A stretch of 64,000 nt of DNA. Source: Escherichia phage wV7. Below are positions 19,220-37,969 of the stretch, piece by piece (the first letter of the stretch is position 1; every line of letters starts with the position of its first letter). Under the pieces are notes generated by a model. The model made no database searches, was not told where the DNA came from, and worked only from the letters and a program-made list of their open reading frames with translations. Location: the sequence record NC_019505.1. One strand, given 5' to 3'. The position numbers and the translations under genes were made by a program.

Positions 19220-20216
19220 TTCAAGTGTTATCTATCGTGCGATAGTTACTTCAAAATTTAGAACAGAAAAAATGTTGAATTTTTATAATTCAATTGGAAG
19301 TGGTCCGGATAAAAACACTATCTTTATCACATTTGGAAGATCAGAACCGTGGTCATCAAATGAAAATGAGGTGGGCTTTGCCCCACCTTATCCTACCGAT
19401 TCTGTATTAGGCGTAACTGACATGTGGACGCATATGATGGGAACAGTAAAAGTTCTTCCATCAATGCTTGATGCAGTTATTCCTCGTCGAGATTGGGGAG
19501 ATACTAGATATCCGGATCCATACACATTTAGAATTAACGATATTGTAGTGTGTAACTCAGCTCCTTACAACGCTACTGAATCAGGCGCAGGCTGGTTAGT
19601 ATATCGTTGTTTAGATGTTCCTGATACCGGAATGTGTTCAATCGCATCTTTAACTGATAAGGATGAATGCCTTAAGTTAGGTGGAAAATGGACTCCTTCT
19701 GCTAGGTCAATGACTCCTCCTGAAGGTCGAGGAGATGCTGAAGGAACAATTGAACCCGGAGACGGATATGTTTGGGAATATCTATTTGAGATTCCGCCTG
19801 ATGTATCTATAAATAGATGCACGAATGAATATATCGTGGTTCCTTGGCCTGAGGAATTAAAAGAAGACCCGACTAGATGGGGATATGAAGATAATCTCAC
19901 TTGGCAACAAGATGATTTTGGATTAATTTACCGTGTTAAGGCAAATACTATCCGTTTTAAAGCATATTTAGATTCAGTTTATTTTCCTGAAGCTGCATTG
20001 CCGGGAAATAAAGGATTTAGACAAATATCAATAATCACGAATCCTCTTGAAGCTAAAGTTCATCCAAATGATCCAAACGTTAAAGCTGAAAAGGATTATT
20101 ATGATCCTGAAGATTTAATGAGGCATTCGGGTGAAATGATTTATATGGAAAATAGGCCACCTATTATTATGGCAATGGATCAGACAGAAGAAATCAATAT
20201 TCTGTTTACATTTTAA
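19212..20216 (+). CDS. 8: gp8 baseplate wedge protein
   Basis: 334 aa, begins MNDSSVIYRAIVTSKF..., overlaps end of gene 7. Confidence 0.9.
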   Translation: MNDSSVIYRAIVTSKFRTEKMLNFYNSIGSGPDKNTIFITFGRSEPWSSNENEVGFAPPYPTDSVLGVTDMWTHMMGTVKVLPSMLDAVIPRRDWGDTRYPDPYTFRINDIVVCNSAPYNATESGAGWLVYRCLDVPDTGMCSIASLTDKDECLKLGGKWTPSARSMTPPEGRGDAEGTIEPGDGYVWEYLFEIPPDVSINRCTNEYIVVPWPEELKEDPTRWGYEDNLTWQQDDFGLIYRVKANTIRFKAYLDSVYFPEAALPGNKGFRQISIITNPLEAKVHPNDPNVKAEKDYYDPEDLMRHSGEMIYMENRPPIIMAMDQTEEINILFTF

Positions 20217-20221
20217 ATTAA

Positions 20222-20246
20222 GGGAGCCCATGGGCTCCCTTTTTCT
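20222..20246 (+). terminator. rho-independent terminator
   Basis: GGGAGCCCA/TGGGCTCCC stem followed by TTTTT directly after gene 8 stop. Confidence 0.6.
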
Positions 20247-20247
20247 T

Positions 20248-20255
20248 TATAAATA
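20248..20255 (+). promoter_or_regulatory. late promoter TATAAATA
   Basis: Exact TATAAATA 25 nt upstream of gene 9 ATG. Confidence 0.5.
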
Positions 20256-20279
20256 CTATAAACTCATAAGGAAACCGCT

Positions 20280-21146
20280 ATGTTCATTCAAGAACCAAAG
20301 AAATTGATTGATACCGGCGAAATTGGTAACGCTTCTACTGGTGATATCTTATTCGACGGTGGTAATAAAATTAATAGTGATTTTAACGCAATTTATAACG
20401 CGTTTGGCGATCAACGTAAAATGGCAGTAGCAAATGGCACTGGAGCAGATGGTCAAATTATCCATGCTACTGGATATTATCAAAAACACTCTATCGCGGA
20501 GTACGCAACTCCAGTAAAAGTTGGCACTAGACATGATATTGATACCTCTACTGTAGGTGTTAAAGTTATCATTGAAAGAGGCGAACTCGGCGATTGTGTT
20601 GAATTCATTAACTCTAATGGATCAATATCAGTTACTAATCCTTTAACGATTCAAGCTATTGATTCAATTAAAGGCGTTTCAGGTAATTTAGTAGTAACTA
20701 GTCCATATAGTAAAGTTACTTTACGTTGTATTTCATCTGATAATTCTACGTCGGTTTGGAATTATTCTATTGAAAGTATGTTTGGGCAAAAGGAATCACC
20801 AGCTGAAGGTACATGGAATATTTCTACATCTGGATCAGTTGACATTCCACTATTTCATCGCACTGAATACAATATGGCTAAATTGCTAGTTACGTGCCAA
20901 TCAGTAGATGGAAGAAAAATTAAAACAGCAGAAATAAATATTCTTGTGGATACTGTTAATTCAGAGGTCATTTCTTCTGAATATGCTGTCATGCGAATTG
21001 GGAATGAAACCGAAGAAGACGAAATCGCTAATATTGCATTTAGTATTAAAGAAAATTACGTAACGGCGACTATAAGTTCTTCAACTGTCGGTATGAGAGC
21101 AGCAGTTAAAGTTATCGCTACGCAGAAAATCGGGGTGGCTCAATAA
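20280..21146 (+). CDS. 9: gp9 baseplate protein (long tail fibre socket)
   Basis: 288 aa, SD AGGAAA, T4 order. Confidence 0.9.
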   Translation: MFIQEPKKLIDTGEIGNASTGDILFDGGNKINSDFNAIYNAFGDQRKMAVANGTGADGQIIHATGYYQKHSIAEYATPVKVGTRHDIDTSTVGVKVIIERGELGDCVEFINSNGSISVTNPLTIQAIDSIKGVSGNLVVTSPYSKVTLRCISSDNSTSVWNYSIESMFGQKESPAEGTWNISTSGSVDIPLFHRTEYNMAKLLVTCQSVDGRKIKTAEINILVDTVNSEVISSEYAVMRIGNETEEDEIANIAFSIKENYVTATISSSTVGMRAAVKVIATQKIGVAQ

Positions 21147-22951
21147 TGAAACAAAATATTAATATCGGTAATGTTGTAGATGATGGTACCGGTGACTACC
21201 TGCGTAAAGGTGGTATAAAAATAAATGAAAACTTTGATGAGCTTTATTATGAACTCGGTGATGGTAATGTTCCATATTCAGCCGGTGCTTGGAAAACTTA
21301 TAATGCTTCATCTGGGCAAACATTAAAAGCTGAATGGGGAAAATCATACGCTATTAATACTTCGTCTGGAAGAGTAACACTGCAACTTCCTAAAGGAACT
21401 GTTAATGATTATAATAAAGTAATTAGAGCTAGGGATGTATTTGCAACATGGAATGTTAATCCAGTTACTTTAGTAGCCGCTTCTGGTGATACTATCAAAG
21501 GATCATCGTCATCGGTTGAAATTAACGTTCAATTTAGTGATTTAGAGCTAGTTTATTGCGCTCCGGGCCGTTGGGAATATGTCAAAAATAAACAAATTGA
21601 CAAAATTATTAGTTCAGACATTAGCAATGTAGCTCGTAAAGAATTTTTAGTCGAAGTTCAAGGACAAACAGACTTTTTAGATATTTTCCGTGGAACTAGT
21701 TATAATGTTAATAACATCAGAGTAAAACACCGCGGTAATGAATTGTATTACGGCGATGTTTTTAGCGAAAATAGCGACTTTGGTTCTCCTGGAGAAAATG
21801 AAGGCGAATTAGTTCCTCTTGATGGATTTAATATTCGATTAAGACAGCCTTGTAATATTGGTGACACTGTTCAAATTGAAACATTTATGGATGGTGTATC
21901 ACAATGGAGAAGTTCATATACAAGACGCCAAATAAAAGTATTAGATTCAAAATTAACGTCAAAAACTTCTTTAGAAGGAAGTATTTACGTTACTGATTTA
22001 TCAACAATGAAATCAATTCCATTCTCTGCATTTGGATTAATTCCTGGAGAACCTATTAATCCTAATTCTCTTGAAGTTCGTTTTAATGGAATTTTACAAC
22101 AACAAGCTGGAACAGCTGGATATCCTCTGTTTTTGTGTGAAGGCGCTAGTTCAGATACGCAAGAAGGATGTATATCTCTTGGTGGTGAATGGAAAGAATC
22201 AAACACAGATTATTCTATAGAATATGAAGATGGAAAACCTACCAGTCTTTTATTTGATAGAAAATTTGAATCAGGCGATATAATCGTTATAACGTGGTTC
22301 AATAATGATTTAGGAACTCTTTTAGAAAAAGATGACATCATTGAATTGACTGATGACCGTTATGTTAGCAAAGGATCATCTACCGAAGTTACTGGTGATG
22401 TAGCCTTAACAGATTTTGATAAAATCGGTTGGCCAAATGTTGAAAAAGTTGATTCTTATACTAGAACGTATAATTCAATATCATCTATTTTCGATAGCAT
22501 TTATCCTGTAGGTTCAATTTATGAAAATGCTATAAATCCAAATAATCCGGTGACTTATATGGGATTTGGTTCATGGAAATTATTTGGTAAAGGACAAGTT
22601 TTAGTAGGATGGAATGATGATGTTACGGATCCAAACTTTGCTTTAAACAATAATGATTTAGATTCTAGCGGAAATCCTTCACATACTGCCGGTGGAACAG
22701 TTGGAACAACATCAGTAACGCTTGAAAACGCAAATCTTCCTGCAACTAAAACTGATGAAAAAGTTTTAATTGAAGATGAAAACGGATCAGTTATTATTGG
22801 AGGTTGTCAATATGACCCAGACGAAACTGGTCCTATATATACAAAATATCGTGAAGACTACGCAACAACAAACTCTTCACATACTCCTCCTGCTAATATT
22901 AGTAATATTCAACCGTCTATTACTGTATACCGTTGGATAAGGATTGCATAA
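21146..22951 (+). CDS. 10: gp10 baseplate wedge / short tail fibre attachment protein
   Basis: 601 aa, ATG overlapping gene 9 stop. Confidence 0.9.
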   Translation: MKQNINIGNVVDDGTGDYLRKGGIKINENFDELYYELGDGNVPYSAGAWKTYNASSGQTLKAEWGKSYAINTSSGRVTLQLPKGTVNDYNKVIRARDVFATWNVNPVTLVAASGDTIKGSSSSVEINVQFSDLELVYCAPGRWEYVKNKQIDKIISSDISNVARKEFLVEVQGQTDFLDIFRGTSYNVNNIRVKHRGNELYYGDVFSENSDFGSPGENEGELVPLDGFNIRLRQPCNIGDTVQIETFMDGVSQWRSSYTRRQIKVLDSKLTSKTSLEGSIYVTDLSTMKSIPFSAFGLIPGEPINPNSLEVRFNGILQQQAGTAGYPLFLCEGASSDTQEGCISLGGEWKESNTDYSIEYEDGKPTSLLFDRKFESGDIIVITWFNNDLGTLLEKDDIIELTDDRYVSKGSSTEVTGDVALTDFDKIGWPNVEKVDSYTRTYNSISSIFDSIYPVGSIYENAINPNNPVTYMGFGSWKLFGKGQVLVGWNDDVTDPNFALNNNDLDSSGNPSHTAGGTVGTTSVTLENANLPATKTDEKVLIEDENGSVIIGGCQYDPDETGPIYTKYREDYATTNSSHTPPANISNIQPSITVYRWIRIA

Positions 22952-23610
22952 TGAGTTTACTTAATAATAAAGCGGGAGTTATTTCCCGCTTAGCAGATTT
23001 TCTTGGTTTTAGAACTAAGAAAAATGATATTTCGGTTATGAATAATCAGCCAGTAGGTGCTGTAACAATTTCACAAATAGCAAAAGGTTTTTATGACCCA
23101 AATGTAGAATCTGCTATTAATGATGTTAGAAATATGGCAGAGCAACAGGTTGGAGCTGTATTAGTTAATATAAGCGGCGTATCTCCTACTGGAGTGCAAC
23201 AAACAGACTACTGGTCATTTGAAGGAACTGTCAATGATACTTCAGCCAAACCGGGTGACACAGTTATTGTTAACATGTTTGGTATTCCAGTTAAAGCTAC
23301 TAATGGAATGACTTCAATCGAATTTACCAGTGCCGTTAGAACAGCTCTACAGGAAATGGTTGCAAAATTTATTGCAATTGATTCATTTGAAGACCATCCT
23401 ACCATAGGAAATAAAATACAAGTTAAGTATTTAGATAACCAAGAACATATCTTAGAACAATACTCTGATAAAGGAATTACTTTCAAACAAGAAATAATTT
23501 CTCCTTCTAAACCTGGATACGGAACTTGGCAATTATTAGGTGCGCAAACTGTCACGCTAGATAGTCACACACAACCTACGGTATTTTATTATTTTGAGAG
23601 AATAGCATGA
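22951..23610 (+). CDS. 11: gp11 baseplate wedge protein (short tail fibre connector)
   Basis: ATG at 22951 (TAATG overlap with gene 10 stop) gives 219 aa [19 protein letters not shown]...; track start upstream is TTG. Confidence 0.85.
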   Translation: MSLLNNKAGVISRLADFLGFRTKKNDISVMNNQPVGAVTISQIAKGFYDPNVESAINDVRNMAEQQVGAVLVNISGVSPTGVQQTDYWSFEGTVNDTSAKPGDTVIVNMFGIPVKATNGMTSIEFTSAVRTALQEMVAKFIAIDSFEDHPTIGNKIQVKYLDNQEHILEQYSDKGITFKQEIISPSKPGYGTWQLLGAQTVTLDSHTQPTVFYYFERIA

Positions 23611-25157
23611 GTAACAATACATATCAGCACGTATCAAATGAATCAAAATACGTTAAATTCGATCCTGCAGGATCGAATTTTCCTGACACTGTCACGACAG
23701 TGCAGTCTGCATTATCAAAAATAAGTAATATCGGCGTAAATGGTATTCCTGATGCAACTATGGAAGTTAAAGGAATAGCAATGATTGCGTCAGAGCAAGA
23801 GGTTTTAGATGGAACTAATAATTCTAAAATCGTTACACCAGCTACATTAGCAACAAGATTATTGTATCCAAATGCTACTGAAACTAAGTATGGTTTAACG
23901 CGCTATTCAACAAATGAAGAAACATTAGAAGGCTCAGATAATAATTCATCAATAACGCCGCAAAAACTGAAATACCATACTGACGATGTGTTCCAAAATA
24001 GATATTCGTCTGAGTCATCAAACGGGGTTATTAAAATATCATCTACACCTGCAGCTTTAGCTGGAGTAGATGATACTACGGCAATGACTCCGCTAAAAAC
24101 ACAAAAACTTGCAATAAAATTAATTTCGCAAATAGCTCCTTCAGAAGACACAGCATCAGAATCTGTTAGAGGCGTAGTTCAGTTATCAACTGTCGCTCAA
24201 ACTCGTCAAGGAACTCTTCGCGAAGGATATGCAATTTCCCCGTATACCTTTATGAATTCTGTTGCAACACAAGAATATAAGGGTGTTATACGTTTAGGAA
24301 CGCAATCGGAAATTAACAGTAATTTGGGAGATGTTGCTGTAACAGGTGAAACATTAAATGGTCGAGGAGCTACCGGTTCTATGCGTGGGGTAGTAAAATT
24401 AACGACGCAAGCCGGTATTGCCCCTGAAGGTGATAGCTCTGGAGCATTAGCATGGAACGCAGATGTAATTAATACTCGCGGTGGACAAACTATTAATGGT
24501 TCTTTAAATTTAGATCATTTAACAGCAAATGGAATTTGGTCACGCGGCGGAATGTGGAAAAATGGCGATCAACCTGTTGCCACTGAAAGATATGCGTCCG
24601 AAAGGGTTCCAGTTGGAACTATTATGATGTTTGCTGGAGATTCAGCTCCTCCTGGTTGGATTATGTGCCATGGTGGAACTGTGTCAGGAGATCAATATCC
24701 TGATTATAGAAACACAGTTGGAACGAGATTTGGTGGCGATTGGAATAATCCTGGCATTCCTGATATGCGAGGTCTTTTCGTCAGAGGAGCTGGTACTGGT
24801 GGTCATATTTTAAATCAACGAGGGCAAGATGGTTACGGGAAGGATAGACTTGGTGTAGGATGTGACGGAATGCATGTTGGCGGTGTTCAAGCACAACAGA
24901 TGTCATACCATAAACATGCTGGCGGTTGGGGAGAATACCAAAGACATGAAGCTCCATTTGGCGCGTCCGTTTATCAAGGATATCTTGGAACTAGAAAATA
25001 TGCCGACTGGGATAATGCTTCATACTTCACTAATGATGGATTTGAATTAGGTGGACCGAGAGATGCCCTTGGTACACTTAATCGTGAAGGATTAATTGGT
25101 TATGAAACTAGACCATGGAATATATCATTAAACTATATTATTAAAATTCATTACTAA
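23607..25157 (+). CDS. 12: gp12 short tail fibre
   Basis: 516 aa, ATGA overlap with gene 11, repetitive fibre-like N-terminal region and C-terminal receptor-binding region. Confidence 0.9.
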   Translation: MSNNTYQHVSNESKYVKFDPAGSNFPDTVTTVQSALSKISNIGVNGIPDATMEVKGIAMIASEQEVLDGTNNSKIVTPATLATRLLYPNATETKYGLTRYSTNEETLEGSDNNSSITPQKLKYHTDDVFQNRYSSESSNGVIKISSTPAALAGVDDTTAMTPLKTQKLAIKLISQIAPSEDTASESVRGVVQLSTVAQTRQGTLREGYAISPYTFMNSVATQEYKGVIRLGTQSEINSNLGDVAVTGETLNGRGATGSMRGVVKLTTQAGIAPEGDSSGALAWNADVINTRGGQTINGSLNLDHLTANGIWSRGGMWKNGDQPVATERYASERVPVGTIMMFAGDSAPPGWIMCHGGTVSGDQYPDYRNTVGTRFGGDWNNPGIPDMRGLFVRGAGTGGHILNQRGQDGYGKDRLGVGCDGMHVGGVQAQQMSYHKHAGGWGEYQRHEAPFGASVYQGYLGTRKYADWDNASYFTNDGFELGGPRDALGTLNREGLIGYETRPWNISLNYIIKIHY

Positions 25158-25166
25158 GGATTACAA

Positions 25167-26624
25167 ATGATTGAATTAAAAGATTTACCTTTTGTTGATA
25201 GCGTTCCTGGCGAAGGTCAGGAACGTATTTCATGGATTAAAAATGGTGAAGAAATACTAGGAGCTAGTACTAAGTATGGAAACGATGGATCAATGAATAG
25301 ACCAACTGTGTCCGTATTTAAAAATGTTGAGGTTCTTGATGAAAATATAGGAATTCTTAAAACTGCCGTTGAAACATCACAGGAAGATATTAAAACAATT
25401 CAAGGCATTTTGGATGTATCTGGAGATATCGAAGCACTATCACAGATTAGCGTTAATAAAAATGACATATCAAATTTAAAGACGCTTACGAATGAACACA
25501 CTGATATATTAAATGGTACAAATACTACGGTTGATAATATTCTTTCTGATATTGGTCCATTTAATTCGCAAGCAAATTCAGTTTATAGAACGATTAGAAA
25601 TGATTTGTTATGGATTAAAAGGGAATTAGGACAATATGCTGGGCAAGATATTAATGGTCTTCCTGTTGTAGGAAATAGCAGCACGGGGATGAAGCACCGT
25701 ATCATTAATAATACAGATGCTATAACTTCCCAAGGAATACGTCTAAGTGATTTGGAAGAAAAATTTATTGAATCTGATGTAGGTTCACTGACAATTGAAG
25801 TCGGAAATCTTAGACAAGAACTTGGACAAAGACCATCTTCATTTAGTGAAAGCATATATTCACGTGTGCATAATTTAGATCAATCACAGATTAATCTTAG
25901 TTCCGAAATTAAATCTATCAAAACTTCTATTGGATATCCAGGAAATACTTCAATAATCACAGATGTCAATGTCAACAGTCAAGAAATTTCAGCTTTAAAT
26001 GATGAACTAAATAAAAGTGGCGGCGTTAAACAGCGATTAACTGTTATTGAAACATCGATTGGTTCAGATGATATTCCTTCTAGTATTAAAGGTCAAATTA
26101 AAGATAATACCACTTCTATTGAATCTTTAAATGGAATTGTAGGTGAAAACACCTCGTCCGGTTTAAGAGCTAACGTTTCATGGCTAAATCAGATAGTTGG
26201 AACTGATTCTAGCGGAGGTCAACCTTCTCCTCCGGGGTCTCTTTTAAATAGAGTTTCAACTGTTGAAACCTCTGTTAATAGACTTAACAATGATGTTCAA
26301 AACTTACAGGTTGAAATTGGTAATAACAATTCCGGAATTAAAGGGCAAGTTGTAACACTAAATAAATTAGTAAATGGAACAAATCCGAATGGTTCAACTG
26401 TCGAAGAACGCGGATTGACTAATTCAATAAAAGCTAATGAGACTAACATTTCTTCAATTAATCAAGAGATTCGTAGTATTAAAGGTAATGTGTCCTCATT
26501 GCAGAGGGATGTCCAGACTTTACAAGAAGCTGGTTATATTCCTGAAGCTCCAAAAGATGGTCAAGCTTACGTTCGTAAAGACGGCGAATGGGTATTGCTT
26601 TCTACCTTTTTATCACCAGCATAA
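25167..26624 (+). CDS. wac: fibritin (whisker antigen control, Wac)
   Basis: 485 aa coiled-coil with heptad segments and C-terminal foldon-like [27 protein letters not shown]. Confidence 0.9.
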   Translation: MIELKDLPFVDSVPGEGQERISWIKNGEEILGASTKYGNDGSMNRPTVSVFKNVEVLDENIGILKTAVETSQEDIKTIQGILDVSGDIEALSQISVNKNDISNLKTLTNEHTDILNGTNTTVDNILSDIGPFNSQANSVYRTIRNDLLWIKRELGQYAGQDINGLPVVGNSSTGMKHRIINNTDAITSQGIRLSDLEEKFIESDVGSLTIEVGNLRQELGQRPSSFSESIYSRVHNLDQSQINLSSEIKSIKTSIGYPGNTSIITDVNVNSQEISALNDELNKSGGVKQRLTVIETSIGSDDIPSSIKGQIKDNTTSIESLNGIVGENTSSGLRANVSWLNQIVGTDSSGGQPSPPGSLLNRVSTVETSVNRLNNDVQNLQVEIGNNNSGIKGQVVTLNKLVNGTNPNGSTVEERGLTNSIKANETNISSINQEIRSIKGNVSSLQRDVQTLQEAGYIPEAPKDGQAYVRKDGEWVLLSTFLSPA

Positions 26625-26627
26625 CAT

Positions 26628-26641
26628 GGGCCGCAAGGCCC
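26628..26641 (+). other. GGGCC-GCAA-GGCCC GNRA tetraloop hairpin
   Basis: Perfect stem-loop between wac and gene 13; no U-run. Confidence 0.4.
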
Positions 26642-26654
26642 TAAAGGATTTTAA

Positions 26655-28356
<1,702 letters not shown>

Positions 28357-28397
28357 TAAATATTATAAACTAATTAAAGCCCAGATTAGGAGAAATC

Positions 28398-31538
<3,141 letters not shown>

Positions 31539-31566
31539 TATTAAAGCATATTAAAGAGGATTAAAA

Positions 31567-33546
31567 ATGACTTTATTATCTCCGGGCATTGAGCTCAAAG
31601 AAACTACGGTTCAAAGCACCGTGGTTAATAACTCTACTGGTACAGCAGCTTTGGCCGGTAAATTCCAGTGGGGTCCTGCTTTTCAGATTAAACAGGTTAC
31701 AAATGAAGTAGATTTAGTTAATACTTTTGGTCAACCAACCGCTGAAACTGCTGACTATTTTATGTCTGCGATGAATTTCTTGCAGTACGGAAATGACTTA
31801 CGAGTAGTTCGTGCTGTTGATAGAGATACCGCTAAAAACTCATCGCCAATTGCTGGTAATATTGAATACACAATTTCTACCCCGGGTAGTAACTATGCAG
31901 TTGGAGATAAAATCACGGTCAAATATGTTTCAGATGATATTGAAACTGAAGGTAAAATTACCGAAGTAGACGCAGATGGAAAAATTAAGAAAATTAATAT
32001 TCCTACTGCAAAAATTATTGCTAAAGCTAAAGAAGTTGGCGAATACCCAACATTAGGTTCTAACTGGACTGCAGAAATTTCTTCATCTTCTTCCGGTTTA
32101 GCTGCAGTAATAACTCTTGGAAAAATTATTACTGATTCCGGTATTTTATTAGCTGAAATCGAGAGCGCTGAAACTGCTATGACAGCAGTTGATTTTCAGG
32201 CAAATCTTGAAAAATATGGAATTCCAGGAGTAGTAGCTCTCTATCCAGGCGAATTAGGCGATAAAATTGAAATTGAAATCGTATCTAAAGCTGACTATGC
32301 GAAAGGCGCTTCTGCATTACTGCCAATTTATCCAGGTGGTGGTACTCGTGCATCTACTGCCAAGGCAGTATTTGGATATGGGCCGCAGACTGACTCACAG
32401 TACGCTATTATAGTTCGTCGAAATGATGCTATTGTTCAAAGCGTTGTTCTTTCAACTAAGCGTGGTGAAAAAGATATTTACGATAGTAACATCTATATCG
32501 ATGACTTTTTCGCAAAAGGTGGTTCAGAATATATTTTTGCAACTGCACAAAACTGGCCAGAAGGATTCTCTGGAATTTTAACTCTTTCTGGTGGATTATC
32601 ATCAAATGCTGAAGTAACAGCAGGAGATTTGATGGAAGCTTGGGACTTCTTTGCTGACCGTGAATCCGTTGATGTTCAACTGTTTATTGCGGGTTCTTGT
32701 GCCGGTGAATCTTTGGAAACAGCATCTACTGTCCAAAAACACGTCGTTTCAATTGGTGATGCTCGCCAGGATTGCTTAGTATTGTGCTCACCACCGCGTG
32801 AAACTGTAGTTGGAATTCCTGTAACCCGTGCTGTTGACAACTTAGTCAATTGGAGAACTGCCGCAGGTTCATATACTGATAATAACTTTAATATTAGTTC
32901 AACCTACGCAGCAATTGATGGTAACTACAAATATCAGTATGACAAATATAATGATGTGAATCGTTGGGTTCCATTAGCAGCTGATATTGCTGGTTTATGC
33001 GCAAGAACTGATAACGTATCTCAGACTTGGATGTCACCAGCTGGTTATAATCGTGGCCAGATTCTTAACGTTATTAAACTTGCTATTGAAACTCGCCAGG
33101 CACAACGTGACCGCTTATATCAAGAAGCTATCAACCCAGTAACTGGTACAGGTGGTGATGGTTACGTATTGTATGGTGATAAAACAGCTACTTCTGTTCC
33201 TTCTCCATTTGATCGTATTAACGTTCGTCGTCTGTTTAATATGTTGAAAACGAATATCGGACGTAGTTCAAAATATCGTTTGTTCGAATTAAACAACGCG
33301 TTTACTCGTTCTTCATTCCGTACAGAAACTGCTCAGTACTTGCAAGGAATTAAAGCTCTTGGCGGAATTTATGAATATCGTGTAGTTTGCGATACAACAA
33401 ATAACACTCCGTCAGTAATTGATAGAAATGAATTTGTTGCAACATTCTACATCCAACCGGCGCGCAGTATAAATTATATCCAGCTTAACTTCGTTGCGAC
33501 TGCTACTGGTGCAGATTTCGATGAGTTAACTGGTCTTGCTGGTTAA
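31567..33546 (+). CDS. 18: gp18 contractile tail sheath protein
   Basis: 659 aa, T4 length and order. Confidence 0.95.
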   Translation: MTLLSPGIELKETTVQSTVVNNSTGTAALAGKFQWGPAFQIKQVTNEVDLVNTFGQPTAETADYFMSAMNFLQYGNDLRVVRAVDRDTAKNSSPIAGNIEYTISTPGSNYAVGDKITVKYVSDDIETEGKITEVDADGKIKKINIPTAKIIAKAKEVGEYPTLGSNWTAEISSSSSGLAAVITLGKIITDSGILLAEIESAETAMTAVDFQANLEKYGIPGVVALYPGELGDKIEIEIVSKADYAKGASALLPIYPGGGTRASTAKAVFGYGPQTDSQYAIIVRRNDAIVQSVVLSTKRGEKDIYDSNIYIDDFFAKGGSEYIFATAQNWPEGFSGILTLSGGLSSNAEVTAGDLMEAWDFFADRESVDVQLFIAGSCAGESLETASTVQKHVVSIGDARQDCLVLCSPPRETVVGIPVTRAVDNLVNWRTAAGSYTDNNFNISSTYAAIDGNYKYQYDKYNDVNRWVPLAADIAGLCARTDNVSQTWMSPAGYNRGQILNVIKLAIETRQAQRDRLYQEAINPVTGTGGDGYVLYGDKTATSVPSPFDRINVRRLFNMLKTNIGRSSKYRLFELNNAFTRSSFRTETAQYLQGIKALGGIYEYRVVCDTTNNTPSVIDRNEFVATFYIQPARSINYIQLNFVATATGADFDELTGLAG

Positions 33547-33562
33547 TACGGTGCATTCTAAA

Positions 33563-33580
33563 GGCCTGTTTCGACAGGCC
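33563..33580 (+). terminator. GGCCTGT-UUCG-ACAGGCC hairpin after gene 18 (weak terminator / RNA stability element)
   Basis: 7 bp stem with UUCG tetraloop 17 nt after stop; downstream tract A/T-rich but not a clean U-run. Confidence 0.4.
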
Positions 33581-33581
33581 A

Positions 33582-33648
33582 TATAAATACACTATATCCT
33601 TAATTCTTTAATTCTATATGCCCTAGGTTAAACATAGGGATATAAATA
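33582..33648 (+). promoter_or_regulatory. two late promoters (TATAAATA at 33582-33589 and 33641-33648)
   Basis: Two exact TATAAATA elements upstream of gene 19. Confidence 0.5.
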
Positions 33649-33662
33649 CTACAGAGGCTAAT

Positions 33663-34154
33663 ATGTTTGTAGATGATGTAACACGAGCGTTTGAATCTGG
33701 TGATTTTGCGCGACCTAACTTATTCCAAGTAGAGATTTCTTATCTTGGCCAAAATTTTACGTTCCAATGTAAAGCTACTGCTTTACCAGCTGGTATTGTA
33801 GAAAAAATTCCAGTCGGATTTATGAACCGTAAAATTAATGTAGCAGGAGACCGTACATTCGATGATTGGACTGTTACAGTGATGAATGATGAAGCTCATG
33901 ATGCTCGTCAGAAGTTTGTTGATTGGCAAAGCATTGCTGCTGGTCAAGGAAACGAAATTACTGGTGGAAAACCTGCAGAGTATAAAAAGAGCGCTATTGT
34001 TCGTCAATATGCTCGTGATGCTAAAACAGTAACAAAAGAAATTGAAATTAAAGGTCTATGGCCTACTAACGTGGGTGAACTTCAATTAGATTGGGATTCA
34101 AACAATGAAATCCAAACATTTGAAGTAACTCTTGCTCTCGATTATTGGGAATAA
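33663..34154 (+). CDS. 19: gp19 tail tube protein
   Basis: 163 aa, T4 length and order. Confidence 0.95.
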   Translation: MFVDDVTRAFESGDFARPNLFQVEISYLGQNFTFQCKATALPAGIVEKIPVGFMNRKINVAGDRTFDDWTVTVMNDEAHDARQKFVDWQSIAAGQGNEITGGKPAEYKKSAIVRQYARDAKTVTKEIEIKGLWPTNVGELQLDWDSNNEIQTFEVTLALDYWE

Positions 34155-34186
34155 AATGAATGGGGAGAAATCCCCATCCTGCTTAA

Positions 34187-35811
<1,625 letters not shown>

Positions 35812-35812
<1 letters not shown>

Positions 35813-36048
35813 TGGAAGGTTTAATTGAAGCTATTAAATCAAACGACCTCGTAGCCGCTCGTAAATTATTTGCTGAAGCCATGGCTGCAAGAACGACTGA
35901 TTTAATCAAAGAAGAAAAAATCACTATCGCTCGTAATTTCTTAATCGAGGGTGAAGAACCTGATGACGAGGATGACGACGAAGATAGCGATGATGATAAA
36001 GACGACAAAAAAGACAAAGACTCTGATGAAGACGAGGATGATGAATAA
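35812..36048 (+). CDS. 67: gp67 prohead core protein
   Basis: 78 aa with highly acidic C-terminus ([15 protein letters not shown]...), TAATG overlap with gene 20. Confidence 0.85.
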
Positions 36049-36473
36049 TGATTCTAATCCCTGAAACTCATGAATTAGTTCTCGAGAATGTCGAAGCACT
36101 TATTCCTGAAGCACAGGGTCGCTTTGACGAGTTGTCTTCTGCTTTAAATAAAGACGATATAAATAAAATTATCGAGAATATGCTTGATGATGAAACTGAT
36201 TTAGCGGTTGCATTAGCTTCTATTAATGAAAATATGCCGTTAAATGAATTTATCGTTAAACATGTTTCTGCCCGTGGTGAAATTACTCGCACTAAAGATC
36301 GCAAAACCCGCGAACGTAATGCATTTCAAACTACCGGGTTGTCTAAAGCAAAACGTAGACAAATTGCTCGTAAAGCTACCAAAACGAAGATTGCCAATCC
36401 AGCAGGTCAATCTCGTGCTCAGCGTAAGCGTAAAAAAGCTCTTAAACGCCGTAAAGCATTAGGATTAAGCTAA
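36048..36473 (+). CDS. 68: gp68 prohead core protein
   Basis: 141 aa with basic C-terminus, T4 order. Confidence 0.85.
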   Translation: MILIPETHELVLENVEALIPEAQGRFDELSSALNKDDINKIIENMLDDETDLAVALASINENMPLNEFIVKHVSARGEITRTKDRKTRERNAFQTTGLSKAKRRQIARKATKTKIANPAGQSRAQRKRKKALKRRKALGLS

Positions 36474-37111
36474 TGAATGAACCCCAATTGCTAATTGAAA
36501 CTTGGGGTCAACCTGGCGAAATTATTGATGGTGTGCCAATGCTTGAATCCCATGATGGGAAAGACTTAGGTTTAAAACCTGGTTTATACATCGAAGGAAT
36601 ATTCATGCAAGCAGAAGTCGTCAATAGAAATAAACGTCTTTATCCAAAACGTATATTAGAAAAAGCGGTAAAAGACTATATTAATGAGCAAGTTTTAACT
36701 AAACAAGCTCTCGGAGAATTAAATCATCCTCCACGCGCTAATGTTGACCCGATGCAAGCCGCTATCATTATAGAAGATATGTGGTGGAAAGGAAATGACG
36801 TATACGGACGAGCTCGTGTTATTGAAGGTGACCATGGTCCTGGAGATAAATTAGCAGCTAATATTCGTGCCGGATGGATTCCAGGAGTTTCTTCTCGTGG
36901 ATTAGGTTCATTGACTGACACAAATAAAGGTTATCGTATCGTAAACGAAGGATTCAAATTAACTGTAGGTGTTGATGCAGTATGGGGTCCAAGTGCTCCA
37001 GATGCATGGGTAACTCCTAAGGAAATTACAGAATCACAGACGGCGGAAGCCGATACAAGTGCCGATGACGCCTATATGGCTCTCGCAGAGGCCATGAAAA
37101 AAGCGTTATAA
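36473..37111 (+). CDS. 21: gp21 prohead core scaffold protein and maturation protease
   Basis: 212 aa, T4 length and order. Confidence 0.9.
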   Translation: MNEPQLLIETWGQPGEIIDGVPMLESHDGKDLGLKPGLYIEGIFMQAEVVNRNKRLYPKRILEKAVKDYINEQVLTKQALGELNHPPRANVDPMQAAIIIEDMWWKGNDVYGRARVIEGDHGPGDKLAANIRAGWIPGVSSRGLGSLTDTNKGYRIVNEGFKLTVGVDAVWGPSAPDAWVTPKEITESQTAEADTSADDAYMALAEAMKKAL

Positions 37112-37113
37112 AT
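37106..37113 (+). promoter_or_regulatory. late promoter TATAAATA
   Basis: Exact match 28 nt upstream of gene 22 ATG. Confidence 0.5.
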
Positions 37114-37141
37114 ATTATTATCTAAACAACAGGACTACAAA

Positions 37142-37951
37142 ATGCTTAAAGAACAACTGATTGCCGAAGCGCAGAAAATTGATGCTTCCGTTGCTCTTGA
37201 TAGTATTTTCGAATCAGTTAATATTTCTCCGGAAGCAAAAGAAACTTTCGGCACTGTATTCGAAGCTACCGTCAAGCAGCACGCCGTTAAATTAGCTGAA
37301 TCTCATATCGCTAAAATTGCTGAAAAAGCAGAAGAAGAAGTAGAAAAAAATAAAGAAGAAGCAGAAGAAAAAGCTGAGAAGAAAATCGCTGAGCAAGCTT
37401 CTAAATTCCTTGACCATCTTGCAAAAGAATGGCTCACTGAAAATAAATTAGCAGTAGATAAAGGTATCAAAGCCGAACTGTTTGAATCCATGCTTGGTGG
37501 ATTGAAAGAGCTCTTCGTTGAACACAACGTTGTTGTTCCAGAAGAATCAGTTGATGTTGTAGCTGAAATGGAAGAAGAACTGCAAGAACATAAAGAAGAA
37601 TCAGCTCGTCTGTTCGAAGAACTCAATAAGCGTGACGCATATATCAATTATGTGCAGCGTGAAGTGGCATTGAGCGAAAGTACTAAAGATCTGACTGAGT
37701 CTCAAAAAGAAAAAGTCTCTGCTCTGGTCGAAGGTATTGATTATTCAGATGCATTCTCAAGCAAATTGAGTGCCATCGTAGAAATGGTGAAGAAATCTAA
37801 TAAAGATGAAAGCACTATTACTGAGAGTATAAATACTCCTGATACTGAAGCAGCCGGACTGAATTTCGTCACTGAAGCTGTAGAAGATAAATCTGCACAA
37901 GGTGCAGAAGATATTGTAAGTGTATATGCGAAAGTCGCATCTCGTTTCTAA
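37142..37951 (+). CDS. 22: gp22 prohead core scaffold protein
   Basis: 269 aa, acidic coiled-coil, T4 order. Confidence 0.9.
   Translation: MLKEQLIAEAQKIDASVALDSIFESVNISPEAKETFGTVFEATVKQHAVKLAESHIAKIAEKAEEEVEKNKEEAEEKAEKKIAEQASKFLDHLAKEWLTENKLAVDKGIKAELFESMLGGLKELFVEHNVVVPEESVDVVAEMEEELQEHKEESARLFEELNKRDAYINYVQREVALSESTKDLTESQKEKVSALVEGIDYSDAFSSKLSAIVEMVKKSNKDESTITESINTPDTEAAGLNFVTEAVEDKSAQGAEDIVSVYAKVASRF
37828..37835 (+). promoter_or_regulatory. late promoter TATAAATA inside 3' end of gene 22 (candidate P23)
   Basis: Exact TATAAATA about 135 nt upstream of gene 23 ATG, within gene 22 coding sequence. Confidence 0.4.
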
Positions 37952-37969
37952 TTTTAAAGGTTAACACAA

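Noticed and set aside
35930-36047. Acidic low-complexity stretch ([15 protein letters not shown]...) as a simple-sequence repeat
   Set aside because: It is the conserved acidic C-terminus of the gp67 prohead core protein
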